Part shown: in pieces, positions 18,633-26,635 of the stretch
Numbering within the stretch: the first letter of the stretch is position 1
How the letters are laid out: each line of letters begins with the position of its first letter
NCBI GenBank assembly: GCA_014729495.1
Contig: WJJV01000112.1
Location: 1-48,136, forward strand
DNA length: 48,136 nt
Reading direction: 5' to 3'
DNA from: Candidatus Woesearchaeota archaeon
Lineage (GTDB): Archaea > Nanobdellota > Nanobdellia > Woesearchaeales > UBA12501
Position numbers and translations under genes: made by a program
The notes under the pieces: model-generated
What the model was told of the DNA's origin: nothing
The model's input: only the letters and a program-made list of their open reading frames with translations
The model's database searches: none

Positions 18633-19484
18633 TCACAATGAAGCTATTATTATTCCAGGTATTATTAAAAGTATCGCAAGTTTCTGGTTCAGTTCTATCC
18701 TCTCGCCGAGCATTATGAATGAAAGTATCACACTTATGAAAGGAGCGCTGCTTGCAAGAGGATATATCAAAGATACTGCTGACTTCTCTATTGCTGAGTT
18801 GAAGAGCAGTGATGCAGCTGCGACGCAGACTCCTGATGTAAGTGAATATTTAAGCGCTCTTCCTGGCTTCCTGATTCCCCTGAATATAAGGGGCACTGCA
18901 ATGAAAAGAGACACAAGAACCTCAAGATAGACTGTCGCGAGCAATGGGCCGAGATCGTCAACAACAGGCTTGACAGCAAAGTAGAATGCTCCCCAACCAA
19001 GCATGGCAATCAGAGCATACTTCACTCCTGGCACTGCATTTGAGAACTTGAGCCTCATGATATCAGAATACCTGAAAGATATCAGTATTGTTCCGAGTAT
19101 CATAAGTCCTACAGCAAGCCACTTCAAAGGCGATATCCTCTCTCCCAGGAATAAGTAAGATAGTATTACTGTTATTATCGCAGCAGAATGCGCAATAGGA
19201 GACACTATTGATACCTTTCCCTCATCCATTGCCCTGAACAGGAATGATATTCCTACAGCACCTATGAGGGCTGCGCACAGCAGCCATATGGAAATTCTTA
19301 TAGAAGGCAGTACAAACTCAGTAAAAGGAATTATGAGAAGCACAAGGAACCCTACAACAATATGCTCGTAGAGAAGAGAATAATAAGGCCCTATGATGCC
19401 CATTGCCTTCTTTGCAGGAATCTTTGAGAATCCCCAGAGAAGCATAACAATAATACCTAAAAGTATTCCTGTTTCAATCGCCAT
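18633..19484 (-). CDS. EamA/DMT-family transporter
   Basis: 283 aa with about 10 predicted TM helices arranged as two EamA-like halves. Confidence 0.75.
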   Translation of the reverse strand: MAIETGILLGIIVMLLWGFSKIPAKKAMGIIGPYYSLLYEHIVVGFLVLLIIPFTEFVLPSIRISIWLLCAALIGAVGISFLFRAMDEGKVSIVSPIAHSAAIITVILSYLFLGERISPLKWLAVGLMILGTILISFRYSDIMRLKFSNAVPGVKYALIAMLGWGAFYFAVKPVVDDLGPLLATVYLEVLVSLFIAVPLIFRGIRKPGRALKYSLTSGVCVAAASLLFNSAIEKSAVSLIYPLASSAPFISVILSFIMLGERIELNQKLAILLIIPGIIIASL

Positions 19485-19496
19485 CAGCAGAAGTTT

Positions 19497-20141
19497 TCAG
19501 TCTGTATATTTAAGTATTTCCCCCAGATTATTTGATTCAATCGCAACATCGCAGTGATTCTTGAGCTCATCAGATTTTGAGTTGAAAGCTATACTCAGGC
19601 CAACCTCTTCCATCATTGATATATCATTCTCATTGTCTCCCACAGCAGCGACATCCTTCAGCTCTATTCCTTTCTGCCTGCAGAAATCTGCGAGTATCTT
19701 TCCCTTGCTGTCCCAGAGTATATTCCATCTAAATCTGCCTGTTATCCTCTCATCTTCTATCTCCATCCAGTTCGCAAATACATGGTCAATGCCAAGCATC
19801 TTCTGAGCCTTTCTTGCAATGTCCTCTACAGCTGAGGTGATTATCATTGTCTCTATTCCTTTCTCTTTCAGATGTCTTATTGTCTCTTCAACACCTGGAT
19901 TGAGCTCAGAACCGCTTATTATATCCCAGTATCCTTCAGCGCTTCTGCCTGCCCACATCTTTCCTATCACAAGCTCGGCAAGCTTATGTGTGTCTGATCT
20001 GAGATATCTATCTTCAATCTCTCTTGTCTGCTCTCTTGTGCCATATTTATCATGCATCTGGGCATAGAAATTATTGTGTCTGAATATCACTCCATCAAGA
20101 TCAAATACCACTAGTCTGAAAGAATCAGTCCTTGCTGCCAT
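19497..20141 (-). CDS. HAD-superfamily phosphatase (SerB/HAD-IB-like), paralog of 17934-18620
   Basis: FDLDGVIF and GDNENDISMMEEVG. The start overlaps the aspS 3' end by 17 nt. Confidence 0.75.
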   Translation of the reverse strand: MAARTDSFRLVVFDLDGVIFRHNNFYAQMHDKYGTREQTREIEDRYLRSDTHKLAELVIGKMWAGRSAEGYWDIISGSELNPGVEETIRHLKEKGIETMIITSAVEDIARKAQKMLGIDHVFANWMEIEDERITGRFRWNILWDSKGKILADFCRQKGIELKDVAAVGDNENDISMMEEVGLSIAFNSKSDELKNHCDVAIESNNLGEILKYTD

Positions 20142-21912
20142 CTTCCTTTGCAGGCTTGAATGTTGATTTTATGTGAAGCTCCTTGAGCTGTGCCTCATCA
20201 ACATCACTGGGCGCTCCGTCAACAAGAGACTCTGCAGCCTTATTCTTTGGAAAAGCTATGACCTCCCTTATGTCGTCGGTCTTTGCCATCAATGCTATGA
20301 GCCTGTCAAATCCGAACGCTATGCCCCCATGAGGCGGAGCTCCGTACCTGAAAGCATCAAGAAGAAAACCGAATTTCTTCTCAGCCTCTGCTTTTGTTAT
20401 TCCAAGTGTCTTGAACATCTTCTGCTGGAGCTCTTCTCTGTGTATCCTGATTGATCCTCCGCCAAGCTCAACACCATTCAGAGTAAGATCATATGCTTTT
20501 GCCTTGACAGATGAGGGATCCTTGTCAAGCTTCTCTATATCCTCCTCCTTTGGAGAAGTGAATGGATGATGTACTGCGATGTGCCTCTGCATGTCCTCAT
20601 CATACTCAAGCAGAGGGAAGTCTGTCACCCATATGAAATTGTACTCATCCTTGCCTATCAGGCCTAGCTTCTCTCCAAGCTTCAGCCTCAGGTTTCCAAG
20701 GGCATCATCAACAATGAAATGCTTGTGGTCTGCCACAAAGAGCAGAAGATCCCCTTTCTCTGCTCCTGTCTTCTTGATTATCTCAGACTGGATATCATTG
20801 GAGAAGAACTTGACTATTGAACTCTCAAGCTTGCCTCCCTCCAGTACTTTTATCCATGCCAGGCCTTTTGCCTTGTATACACCTACAAAGTCAATAAGCT
20901 CATCTATCTCTTTTCTTGAGAACTCAGAGCAGGATTTTGCGTTTATGCATTTTACCTTGCCTCCTGAGCTTATTGCATCAGTGAATACCTTGAAATCAGA
21001 ATCCTTGACAATATCAGTGACATCCATCAGCTGCATGCCAAACCTCATGTCAGGCTTGTCTGAGCCGTACTTGTCCATTGCCTCATCATAGGTTATCCTT
21101 GGAAATGGTATATTTACATCAACATCTATTATACTGAATAATTTCTTCATCATCCTTTCCATTATCTGGTATATGTCCTCTTCATCAACAAAGCTTGCCT
21201 CTATGTCTATCTGGGTGAACTCTGGCTGCCTGTCTGCCCTGAGGTCCTCATCCCTGAAGCATCTCACTATCTGGAAATACCTGTCCATGCCTGACACCAT
21301 GAGCAGCTGCTTGTACAGCTGAGGTGACTGCGGAAGCGCGTAGAATCTTCCAGGATTGACCCTGCTCGGAACAAGATAATCACGGGCCCCTTCTGGTGTC
21401 GCCCTCACAAGCATTGGTGTCTCTATCTCAAGGAAATCTTCTGAAGAAAGATAGTTCCTTACAGCCTGGGCAACCTTATGCCTGAGCATGATCCTGCCCT
21501 GCATTGTCGGCCTCCTGAGGTCAAGGAACCTGTACTTCATCCTTACTTCTTCATTAGCCAGCTTTCTGTCATCAATATCCATTGGCGGAACTTCTGACTT
21601 GTTGAGTATGACCAATTCCTTTGAGCAGTACACCTCAATCTCTCCTGTATGAAGCTTCGGGTTCTCCATTCCAGTCGGCCTTGGCCTGACATTGCCTGTT
21701 ACCTGGATGCAGTCCTCTCTTCTCAGATGCTCTGCTTCCTCAAAACCCTTTGAAGCCGGATCAAGGGCTATTTGTGTAAGTCCGTGCCTGTCCCTGAGGT
21801 CTATGAATATGAGTCCTCCATGGTCTCTTCTTGTGTCTACCCATCCCTGAAGAGTGACCTGGCTCTTGTCATCCTTCTTTGTCAGTTCTCCGCAAGTATG
21901 GCTCCTTTTCAT
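20125..21912 (-). CDS. aspS: Aspartyl-tRNA synthetase, bacterial-type with a GAD insertion domain
   Basis: 595 aa with an N-terminal OB fold, class II motifs (FRDEDLRADRQPEFTQID, GGGSIRIH, GFDRL) and a ~130-aa GAD-like insertion. Confidence 0.92.
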   Translation of the reverse strand: MKRSHTCGELTKKDDKSQVTLQGWVDTRRDHGGLIFIDLRDRHGLTQIALDPASKGFEEAEHLRREDCIQVTGNVRPRPTGMENPKLHTGEIEVYCSKELVILNKSEVPPMDIDDRKLANEEVRMKYRFLDLRRPTMQGRIMLRHKVAQAVRNYLSSEDFLEIETPMLVRATPEGARDYLVPSRVNPGRFYALPQSPQLYKQLLMVSGMDRYFQIVRCFRDEDLRADRQPEFTQIDIEASFVDEEDIYQIMERMMKKLFSIIDVDVNIPFPRITYDEAMDKYGSDKPDMRFGMQLMDVTDIVKDSDFKVFTDAISSGGKVKCINAKSCSEFSRKEIDELIDFVGVYKAKGLAWIKVLEGGKLESSIVKFFSNDIQSEIIKKTGAEKGDLLLFVADHKHFIVDDALGNLRLKLGEKLGLIGKDEYNFIWVTDFPLLEYDEDMQRHIAVHHPFTSPKEEDIEKLDKDPSSVKAKAYDLTLNGVELGGGSIRIHREELQQKMFKTLGITKAEAEKKFGFLLDAFRYGAPPHGGIAFGFDRLIALMAKTDDIREVIAFPKNKAAESLVDGAPSDVDEAQLKELHIKSTFKPAKEDGSKD

Positions 21913-21933
21913 GCACTTGAGGGGATTAAGGCC

Positions 21934-21946
21934 TATTTATAAAGAT
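21934..21946. promoter_or_regulatory. Near-palindromic TATA element (TATTTATAAAG), possibly bidirectional for aspS and the plus-strand structured RNA
   Basis: It lies about 25 nt from the aspS ATG (21912, minus) and about 25 nt from the first base of the long helix at 21961 (plus). Confidence 0.35.
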
Positions 21947-21960
21947 TTTGTGGGTTTGAG

Positions 21961-22436
21961 AGGGGTCTGTCCGGAATGAAGGTCATTGTCAAAATACTCA
22001 TTCCATTCGTATTTTTTCCCCTTTCAGCATTGCATGCTGAAAGCATCAATATGCGAAGCTCTATAATATATATTATTGAGGCTGTTGCAGGGGGAAGCCC
22101 CCTCCGAGGACGCAGGCCTTTAATATAAACAATCAAGAGCTGAGCCGATGCTGACCCGAACTTTTTACGCAGAAAAAAGAAGATTTCGGACAGACCCTTG
22201 GGTTGGAAGGCTTAACACTGGAATTATGCGAAGTTGCCTGAATGAGAGCCTGAAGGGCTTGAATTCAGCAATTTGGGCGAACAAGTGCAACGCAGTGAGC
22301 TGCATAATTCCTGTTATGTTCGTCGCCAGTTACGAGCGAACATCATGGATGTCATCAATTATTTCTGGTAACTGAAATAAGCATATGAGCGGAGTTCTGG
22401 CGACCGAAGCCTCAAAGAGGCGAAGAGTAATTTTTA
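21961..22436 (+). ncRNA. Candidate large structured non-coding RNA (unclassified)
   Basis: No credible ORF. There is a 17-bp long-range helix, 21961-21977 / 22183-22199, whose two G-U pairs are allowed only in the plus sense. Nested hairpins: 21991-22015, 22021-22043, 22090-22102, 22161-22179, 22220-22311 (11 bp enclosing 22234-22271 and 22246-22260), 22316-22343, 22359-22380, 22409-22421. It ends at a T5 run at 22431-22435. Confidence 0.35.
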
Positions 22437-22481
22437 GGGGTGCTCAGGGAGCGTTAGCGGTGCATCAAGTTAAAGGAGTTC

Positions 22482-22498
22482 GGGGCAAAAACAAAAAA
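22482..22498. repeat. Left inverted repeat GGGGCAAAAACAAAAAA
   Basis: Exact reverse complement of 24413-24429. It also serves as an oligo-T terminator on the minus strand for the Lrp-like gene. Confidence 0.85.
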
Positions 22499-22499
22499 C

Positions 22500-23468
22500 C
22501 TAGAATGGATAGTATGTCATCCTATGTTCTTTAATTACTTCTATAATCTCATAATCTTTAATTTCCAAAGCAAATTCTTCTCTTAGTTGTTTAATTAAAT
22601 TATCAAAATCTTTTTTTTCCAAAACTTCGATTTCTAATTCAACATCAAAATCACTAATTACTTTAATAAAAGTAAGAATATTTTTATTCATTTTTGATAT
22701 TGTTTTTATTTTGTTATATTTTTCTTTATCCATTCTTTGGAGTTTCAAAGATAATATATAGAAATTTCCTCCAATATTCTGGAAATTAATTTTTGTACTA
22801 AATCCTATGATAACATTTTTTTTCTGAAGGTTTTTTATCCTATAATTAATAGTATCTGGGCTGACATTTAATTCTTTTGAAATTTCAATTAAGGATTTTC
22901 TTGCATTTTTATTAAGTATAGAGAGTAATCTCTGGTCCGTTTTGTCTAACAATATCTCTTTTTCTTTTCCTCGGCTATAAATGAATTCTTCTGAATTTTT
23001 ATTTGGTAATAAATAAGCTTTAGAATAAGTATAAGCTTCTTCTAAAATAAAGATATTTCTTTCCAGAATGTAATCTTTCCATTTCCCAAATATCCTTTCG
23101 AATTTATTACTAAAATCATGAATATTTTTAACATAAATCGATGCCACTAAATCATATTTGCCTCTTAATGAAGATAACCAGAATACATTTTTTTCTTTAT
23201 TTAATTCTTTAATCATTTCTTGTTCTTTTTTGGGTGTAATATTGTATAATTTGATATAAATTTTAATATGCATAAATCCAAGTAGGGTTGGATTTAGTTT
23301 TACAAAGAAGTAATCAATCACATTTTTCTCCTGAAGATTGATTATTCTTGCAGCAACAGCTTGTTTTGATAAACCAACTTTTTTTGCTATTTTTTCATTA
23401 GTTTGCCTACTATTTTTATTTAGTTCATACAATATCTTTTTATCCTTTAGATCTGTTTTAATATACAT
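22500..23468 (-). CDS. Tandem (double) Lrp/AsnC-family transcriptional regulator
   Basis: 322 aa with two HTH_AsnC-like modules: KKILYELNKNSRQTNEKIAKKVGLSKQAVAARIINLQEKNVI and QRLLSILNKNARKSLIEISKELNVSPDTINYRIKNLQKKNVI. Each is followed by a RAM-like half. Strongly AT-rich codon usage. Paralog of 43877-44839. Confidence 0.75.
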   Translation of the reverse strand: MYIKTDLKDKKILYELNKNSRQTNEKIAKKVGLSKQAVAARIINLQEKNVIDYFFVKLNPTLLGFMHIKIYIKLYNITPKKEQEMIKELNKEKNVFWLSSLRGKYDLVASIYVKNIHDFSNKFERIFGKWKDYILERNIFILEEAYTYSKAYLLPNKNSEEFIYSRGKEKEILLDKTDQRLLSILNKNARKSLIEISKELNVSPDTINYRIKNLQKKNVIIGFSTKINFQNIGGNFYILSLKLQRMDKEKYNKIKTISKMNKNILTFIKVISDFDVELEIEVLEKKDFDNLIKQLREEFALEIKDYEIIEVIKEHRMTYYPF

Positions 23469-23588
23469 ATTAGAATAAAAACTGAAATAATATATAAATA
23501 TTACGGTTTTATTCTGAATCTATTAAGAAGGTTTTAAATAAATGTTCTTATTATTGAGTAATAAAAATAAATTAATTTTATCAAAAAA

Positions 23589-24410
23589 ATGGAAGATATA
23601 GAAATAATAAAAATAGGATATAAAAGTGAACAAATTAACTTGGGATTATTCCAAAGAGAGTGTAGTTTTTTAGATGATTACAAATTTGTTGATAAACTAA
23701 ACTCCAAATATGGAATAGATTTAAAAGTAATTAGGCCTCAAGTTGCTGAACTCTTAGTTAATGATCCACAGGGGGGTAAAGTTGCATCAGATTTTTCTCC
23801 TTTTATGACAAATGTAATAGTTGCCTACACTGGAAGAATGAACTTAAAAGAAACAGATAGGCAACTGAGATCTGAAATCTTTTATTCTGGGGGCGATAGA
23901 TCTTATATCTTACCTACGAAAGTACATGAGGGAAAGCAGGGTATTGCTATCGTAGTTCCAGATGTAACTGCAAGAGATTTTAATGAAGATAATGGAGAAG
24001 TTATACTGGATGTTCCTGAAGAAAGACTACTGGCGGTTGAAAACTTTCCTCCAACAAATGGTTGGTATCATCTTGATTCACTTACAACTATTCCAATAGA
24101 ACCTTGTGTTGCAGAATCTGTTGAAGCGAGATATTTAATAAGGGAACAAAAACCAACTTATCGTACAGGTTTATCATCCCAACTTGAGCCATTAATACCT
24201 TTTTCAGGTGAATATGTAGGTCCATTATATCGATGTGCACCATTAGTTGATGCAGAACGAGCAGGACAAGCTTTGGCACTGCAACCAACAACAACTAAAG
24301 GACTTATTCTTGAAATATCTGATAAGGATCTTAAAACTATGACTGGCGAAAAATCTAGTTTAGAGAGAATTGTTAATTTTTTTAGAAGTAAGAAAGAAGA
24401 CTTGACTTAA
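23589..24410 (+). CDS. Hypothetical protein (273 aa), no recognisable family
   Basis: A long ORF divergent from the Lrp-like gene across a 120-bp AT-rich promoter region. It is followed by the right inverted repeat / oligo-T. Confidence 0.55.
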   Translation: MEDIEIIKIGYKSEQINLGLFQRECSFLDDYKFVDKLNSKYGIDLKVIRPQVAELLVNDPQGGKVASDFSPFMTNVIVAYTGRMNLKETDRQLRSEIFYSGGDRSYILPTKVHEGKQGIAIVVPDVTARDFNEDNGEVILDVPEERLLAVENFPPTNGWYHLDSLTTIPIEPCVAESVEARYLIREQKPTYRTGLSSQLEPLIPFSGEYVGPLYRCAPLVDAERAGQALALQPTTTKGLILEISDKDLKTMTGEKSSLERIVNFFRSKKEDLT

Positions 24411-24412
24411 CC

Positions 24413-24429
24413 TTTTTTGTTTTTGCCCC
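24413..24429. repeat. Right inverted repeat TTTTTTGTTTTTGCCCC
   Basis: Exact reverse complement of 22482-22498. Confidence 0.85.
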
Positions 24430-24519
24430 TTATATTTTTCTAAGCCCTTAAAAATTATTGAACATAACACAGGTTTATGGCAGGTTCTTCAATACCAGCC
24501 CACATCATAAAAATGAGAA

Positions 24520-24726
24520 TCATCTCTTTCCTGATCTGCTTGCTCCGCCTGTCTTGTAAGGGCTGTATCTCTGCTTCTCTCTCTGGGTCTCTCTTTTCTC
24601 AGGGAATGTGTCAATATCCTCGCGCTCGTCATAACCGCAATTGCTGCACACAAGTGCCTTTGCTCCGCGGTAGTGGACCATCTGCACATCCGCTGATTTG
24701 CATTTAGGGCATTTTCTTGCTGTCAT
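24520..24726 (-). CDS. Small zinc-ribbon protein
   Basis: CPKCKS ... CSNCGY forms a four-Cys ribbon, followed by a basic tail. The ORF track extends to 24777, overlapping the SDR gene. The ATG at 24726 (MTARKCPKC) avoids the overlap. Confidence 0.5.
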   Translation of the reverse strand: MTARKCPKCKSADVQMVHYRGAKALVCSNCGYDEREDIDTFPEKRETQREKQRYSPYKTGGASRSGKR

Positions 24727-24751
24727 CAAAAGCTCCACTGGGTTTGCAGCC

Positions 24752-25507
24752 TTATTGTATAGTCCATCCGCCGTCAACTGCGAGTGTCTGGCCTGTTATG
24801 TAATCAGCCTCATCTGATGCAAGGAATTGCACTGCATTGGCTATGTCTGAGGGCTGGCCAGGCCTGTTCCAGGGTATTGCTGCAAGGGTCTGGTTTAGCT
24901 TTTCCTTGTCTTGCATGACAAATCTTGTCATAGGAGTCTCGACAAGTCCTGGCGCTACTGCATTGACATTGATCTTGTTCCCTGCGAGCTCGACAGCCAT
25001 CTCTCTTGTGAGGTTTATTATTCCTGCCTTGCTCGCGCAGTAGGCTGAACCATTAGGATATGCAACCAGCCCTGCTATGGATGCTATGCTGATTATCTTT
25101 CCGTAATTGTTCTTCTTCATCTCTTTTGCTGCTGCCTGAGAGCAGAGGAATGCTCCCTTGAGGTTTATGTCCAGGACAGAATTCCAGTCTTCTTCCCTGA
25201 ATTCTGTAAATGAATCAAGTTTCACTATGCCTGCATTGTTCACCAGGATATCAATCCTGCCGAACTTCTCAACAGTCTTTGCTATCAAGCTGTCTACTTC
25301 ATCCTTATTGCTGACATCGCACTTCACGCCTATTGCCTGGATACTGTTAGCATCTGCTATCTCCTGCGCTGTTTTGTCGCAATCTTCCTGATCAATGTCA
25401 GAAATGACAATATCTGCTCCTGCATATGCAAGCCTCTCAGCTATCCCTTTTCCTATGCCTCTTCGGGCGCCGGTTATCACAGCTACCTTATCCTTTAATG
25501 AGAACAT
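24752..25507 (-). CDS. Short-chain dehydrogenase/reductase (FabG-like 3-oxoacyl reductase)
   Basis: TGARRGIGKGIA, NNAG and the YCASKAG catalytic motif. Confidence 0.85.
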   Translation of the reverse strand: MFSLKDKVAVITGARRGIGKGIAERLAYAGADIVISDIDQEDCDKTAQEIADANSIQAIGVKCDVSNKDEVDSLIAKTVEKFGRIDILVNNAGIVKLDSFTEFREEDWNSVLDINLKGAFLCSQAAAKEMKKNNYGKIISIASIAGLVAYPNGSAYCASKAGIINLTREMAVELAGNKINVNAVAPGLVETPMTRFVMQDKEKLNQTLAAIPWNRPGQPSDIANAVQFLASDEADYITGQTLAVDGGWTIQ

Positions 25508-25644
25508 GATATCACCTCTTGCATGATAGTATGCTCCTGTTCTTTTTAAATATATCCCTGAAAGCAGACCATAGTAAACTACTATCGTAAACTATAAAAG
25601 TCAGGAGCAGATATATAACATCTATGGGTTTGCAGGGGGAGATA

Positions 25645-26247
25645 ATGAATCTGAAGAACAGCAGTATCCAGATTACAGTAGATTCAAGGATAAAGGAATT
25701 CAAGGCATTCCAGTACAGGCCAAGCCATGCATGGTTCACTGAATTATGCTTCTGCATTCTCACAGCAAACTCAACTGCAGAGAGATGCATTGACGTGCAT
25801 ACAAAAGTAGGAAATGGATTCCTCAGTCTGCCTGAGAAGCAGCTGCAGAAAAAGCTCAGGCAGCACTCCTGCAGGTTCCACACAAAGAGGGCAGGATACA
25901 TAGCAGAGGCGAGAAAGCATAAGGGCAGCCTTAAAACTACCTTAAGATCCTTCAATAGCTCATCTGAGGCAAGGGAATGGCTTGCAAAGAACATAAAAGG
26001 CATAGGATACAAAGAAGCCAGCCATTTCCTGAGGAATACAGGATATGATGATGTTGCGATAATAGATTTTCATATAATTGATATAATGGCTGATAATGGC
26101 ATGATAGCCAGGCCTAAGACACTCAACAAGAAAGTTTATGATGATATAGAGCAAAGTCTGAAGATGCTGGCTGATAAGACAGGCCTTACTCTTGCAGAGC
26201 TTGACCTGTATTTGTGGTACATGGAGACAGGCAAGATACTGAAGTAG
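25645..26247 (+). CDS. ogg: Archaeal-type 8-oxoguanine DNA glycosylase / N-glycosylase-DNA lyase (Ogg2-like)
   Basis: HhH-GPD-like KNIKGIGYKEASHFLRN.GY.DVAIIDFHI and C-terminal LDLYLWY. The SD GGGGGAG precedes the ATG at 25645; the ORF-track start at 25624 is the alternative. Confidence 0.75.
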   Translation: MNLKNSSIQITVDSRIKEFKAFQYRPSHAWFTELCFCILTANSTAERCIDVHTKVGNGFLSLPEKQLQKKLRQHSCRFHTKRAGYIAEARKHKGSLKTTLRSFNSSSEAREWLAKNIKGIGYKEASHFLRNTGYDDVAIIDFHIIDIMADNGMIARPKTLNKKVYDDIEQSLKMLADKTGLTLAELDLYLWYMETGKILK

Positions 26248-26324
26248 CATAGCAGGATCAATTAGATAAACCCAGATCATATATAAACAACATGATATTA
26301 GTCACTATCTAATTATATGTACCA

Positions 26325-26340
26325 GATAATAGTGATTATC
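26325..26340. promoter_or_regulatory. Fur-box-like inverted half-sites GATAAT-N4-ATTATC
   Basis: Read directly as GATAATAGTGATTATC. Confidence 0.25.
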
Positions 26341-26466
26341 ACATAGTAATTATGTGCTCTTAGTAAGATTAGTAACAGATAACTTATAGCTATAGATAAC
26401 CACTATGTCAGGATTGATATATGAACAGATATAGATCACAGCCAGCATAAAAATAGAAAACCTTTT

Positions 26467-26483
26467 ATGATAATCATTATCAT
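26467..26483. promoter_or_regulatory. Perfect Fur/PerR-type 7-1-7 box
   Basis: ATGATAATCATTATCAT contains TGATAATNATTATCA exactly, as a perfect 8-1-8 palindrome. It lies about 150 nt upstream of the Fur-family gene. Confidence 0.5.
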
Positions 26484-26618
26484 AAGATAATAATACCAAA
26501 AGTTAATAGATACTAGTCAATATCAAAATACTGCAAAGTGTTGCAAAGATATCCAGCAGTCATTCAGCTTTTCAATAGATATATACCAAATATTTAAATA
26601 CTAGCAGAGCATACCAAA

Positions 26619-26633
26619 TGATAATGACTATCA
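26619..26633. promoter_or_regulatory. Fur-box-like 7-1-7 site overlapping the fur start region (autoregulation candidate)
   Basis: TGATAATGACTATCA, with one mismatch per arm pair. It lies downstream of the TATTTAAATA box (26591-26600) and just upstream of the ATG at 26636. Confidence 0.4.
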
Positions 26634-26635
26634 CT

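Larger units (their letters stand above)
22428..24457. mobile_element. AT-rich two-gene cassette bounded by inverted repeats (putative horizontally acquired or mobile segment; no recombinase seen)
   Basis: Visibly lower G+C than the flanks. Perfect 17-bp inverted repeats lie at 22482-22498 and 24413-24429. Outer imperfect inverted blocks are TAATTTTTAGGGG (22428-) and CCCTTAAAAATTA (-24457). Confidence 0.3.

Noticed and set aside
21933-22375. Track ORFs 21933-22136 (-) and 22148-22375 (+) as genes
   Set aside because: There is no RBS or TATA in a proper position, and the peptides are odd (Arg/Cys/Ile-rich). Stem-loops explain the sequence better.
21961-22436. RNase P RNA or SRP RNA identity for the structured region
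   Set aside because: Short resemblances exist (AGUGCAAC..AGUGAGC, CUGGUAAC, ACAGACCC..GGCUUA, GUCCGGAA). However, the near-universal GGAAAGUCC of RNase P is absent and the motif order does not fit. The GUCCGGAA segment is locked in the 17-bp helix rather than forming an SRP helix-8 apex. This is unresolved without cmscan.
25512-26012. The 166-aa minus-strand ORF
   Set aside because: It is antisense to the well-supported Ogg2-like gene. Its Cys/Phe/Leu-rich sequence is typical of a shadow ORF.
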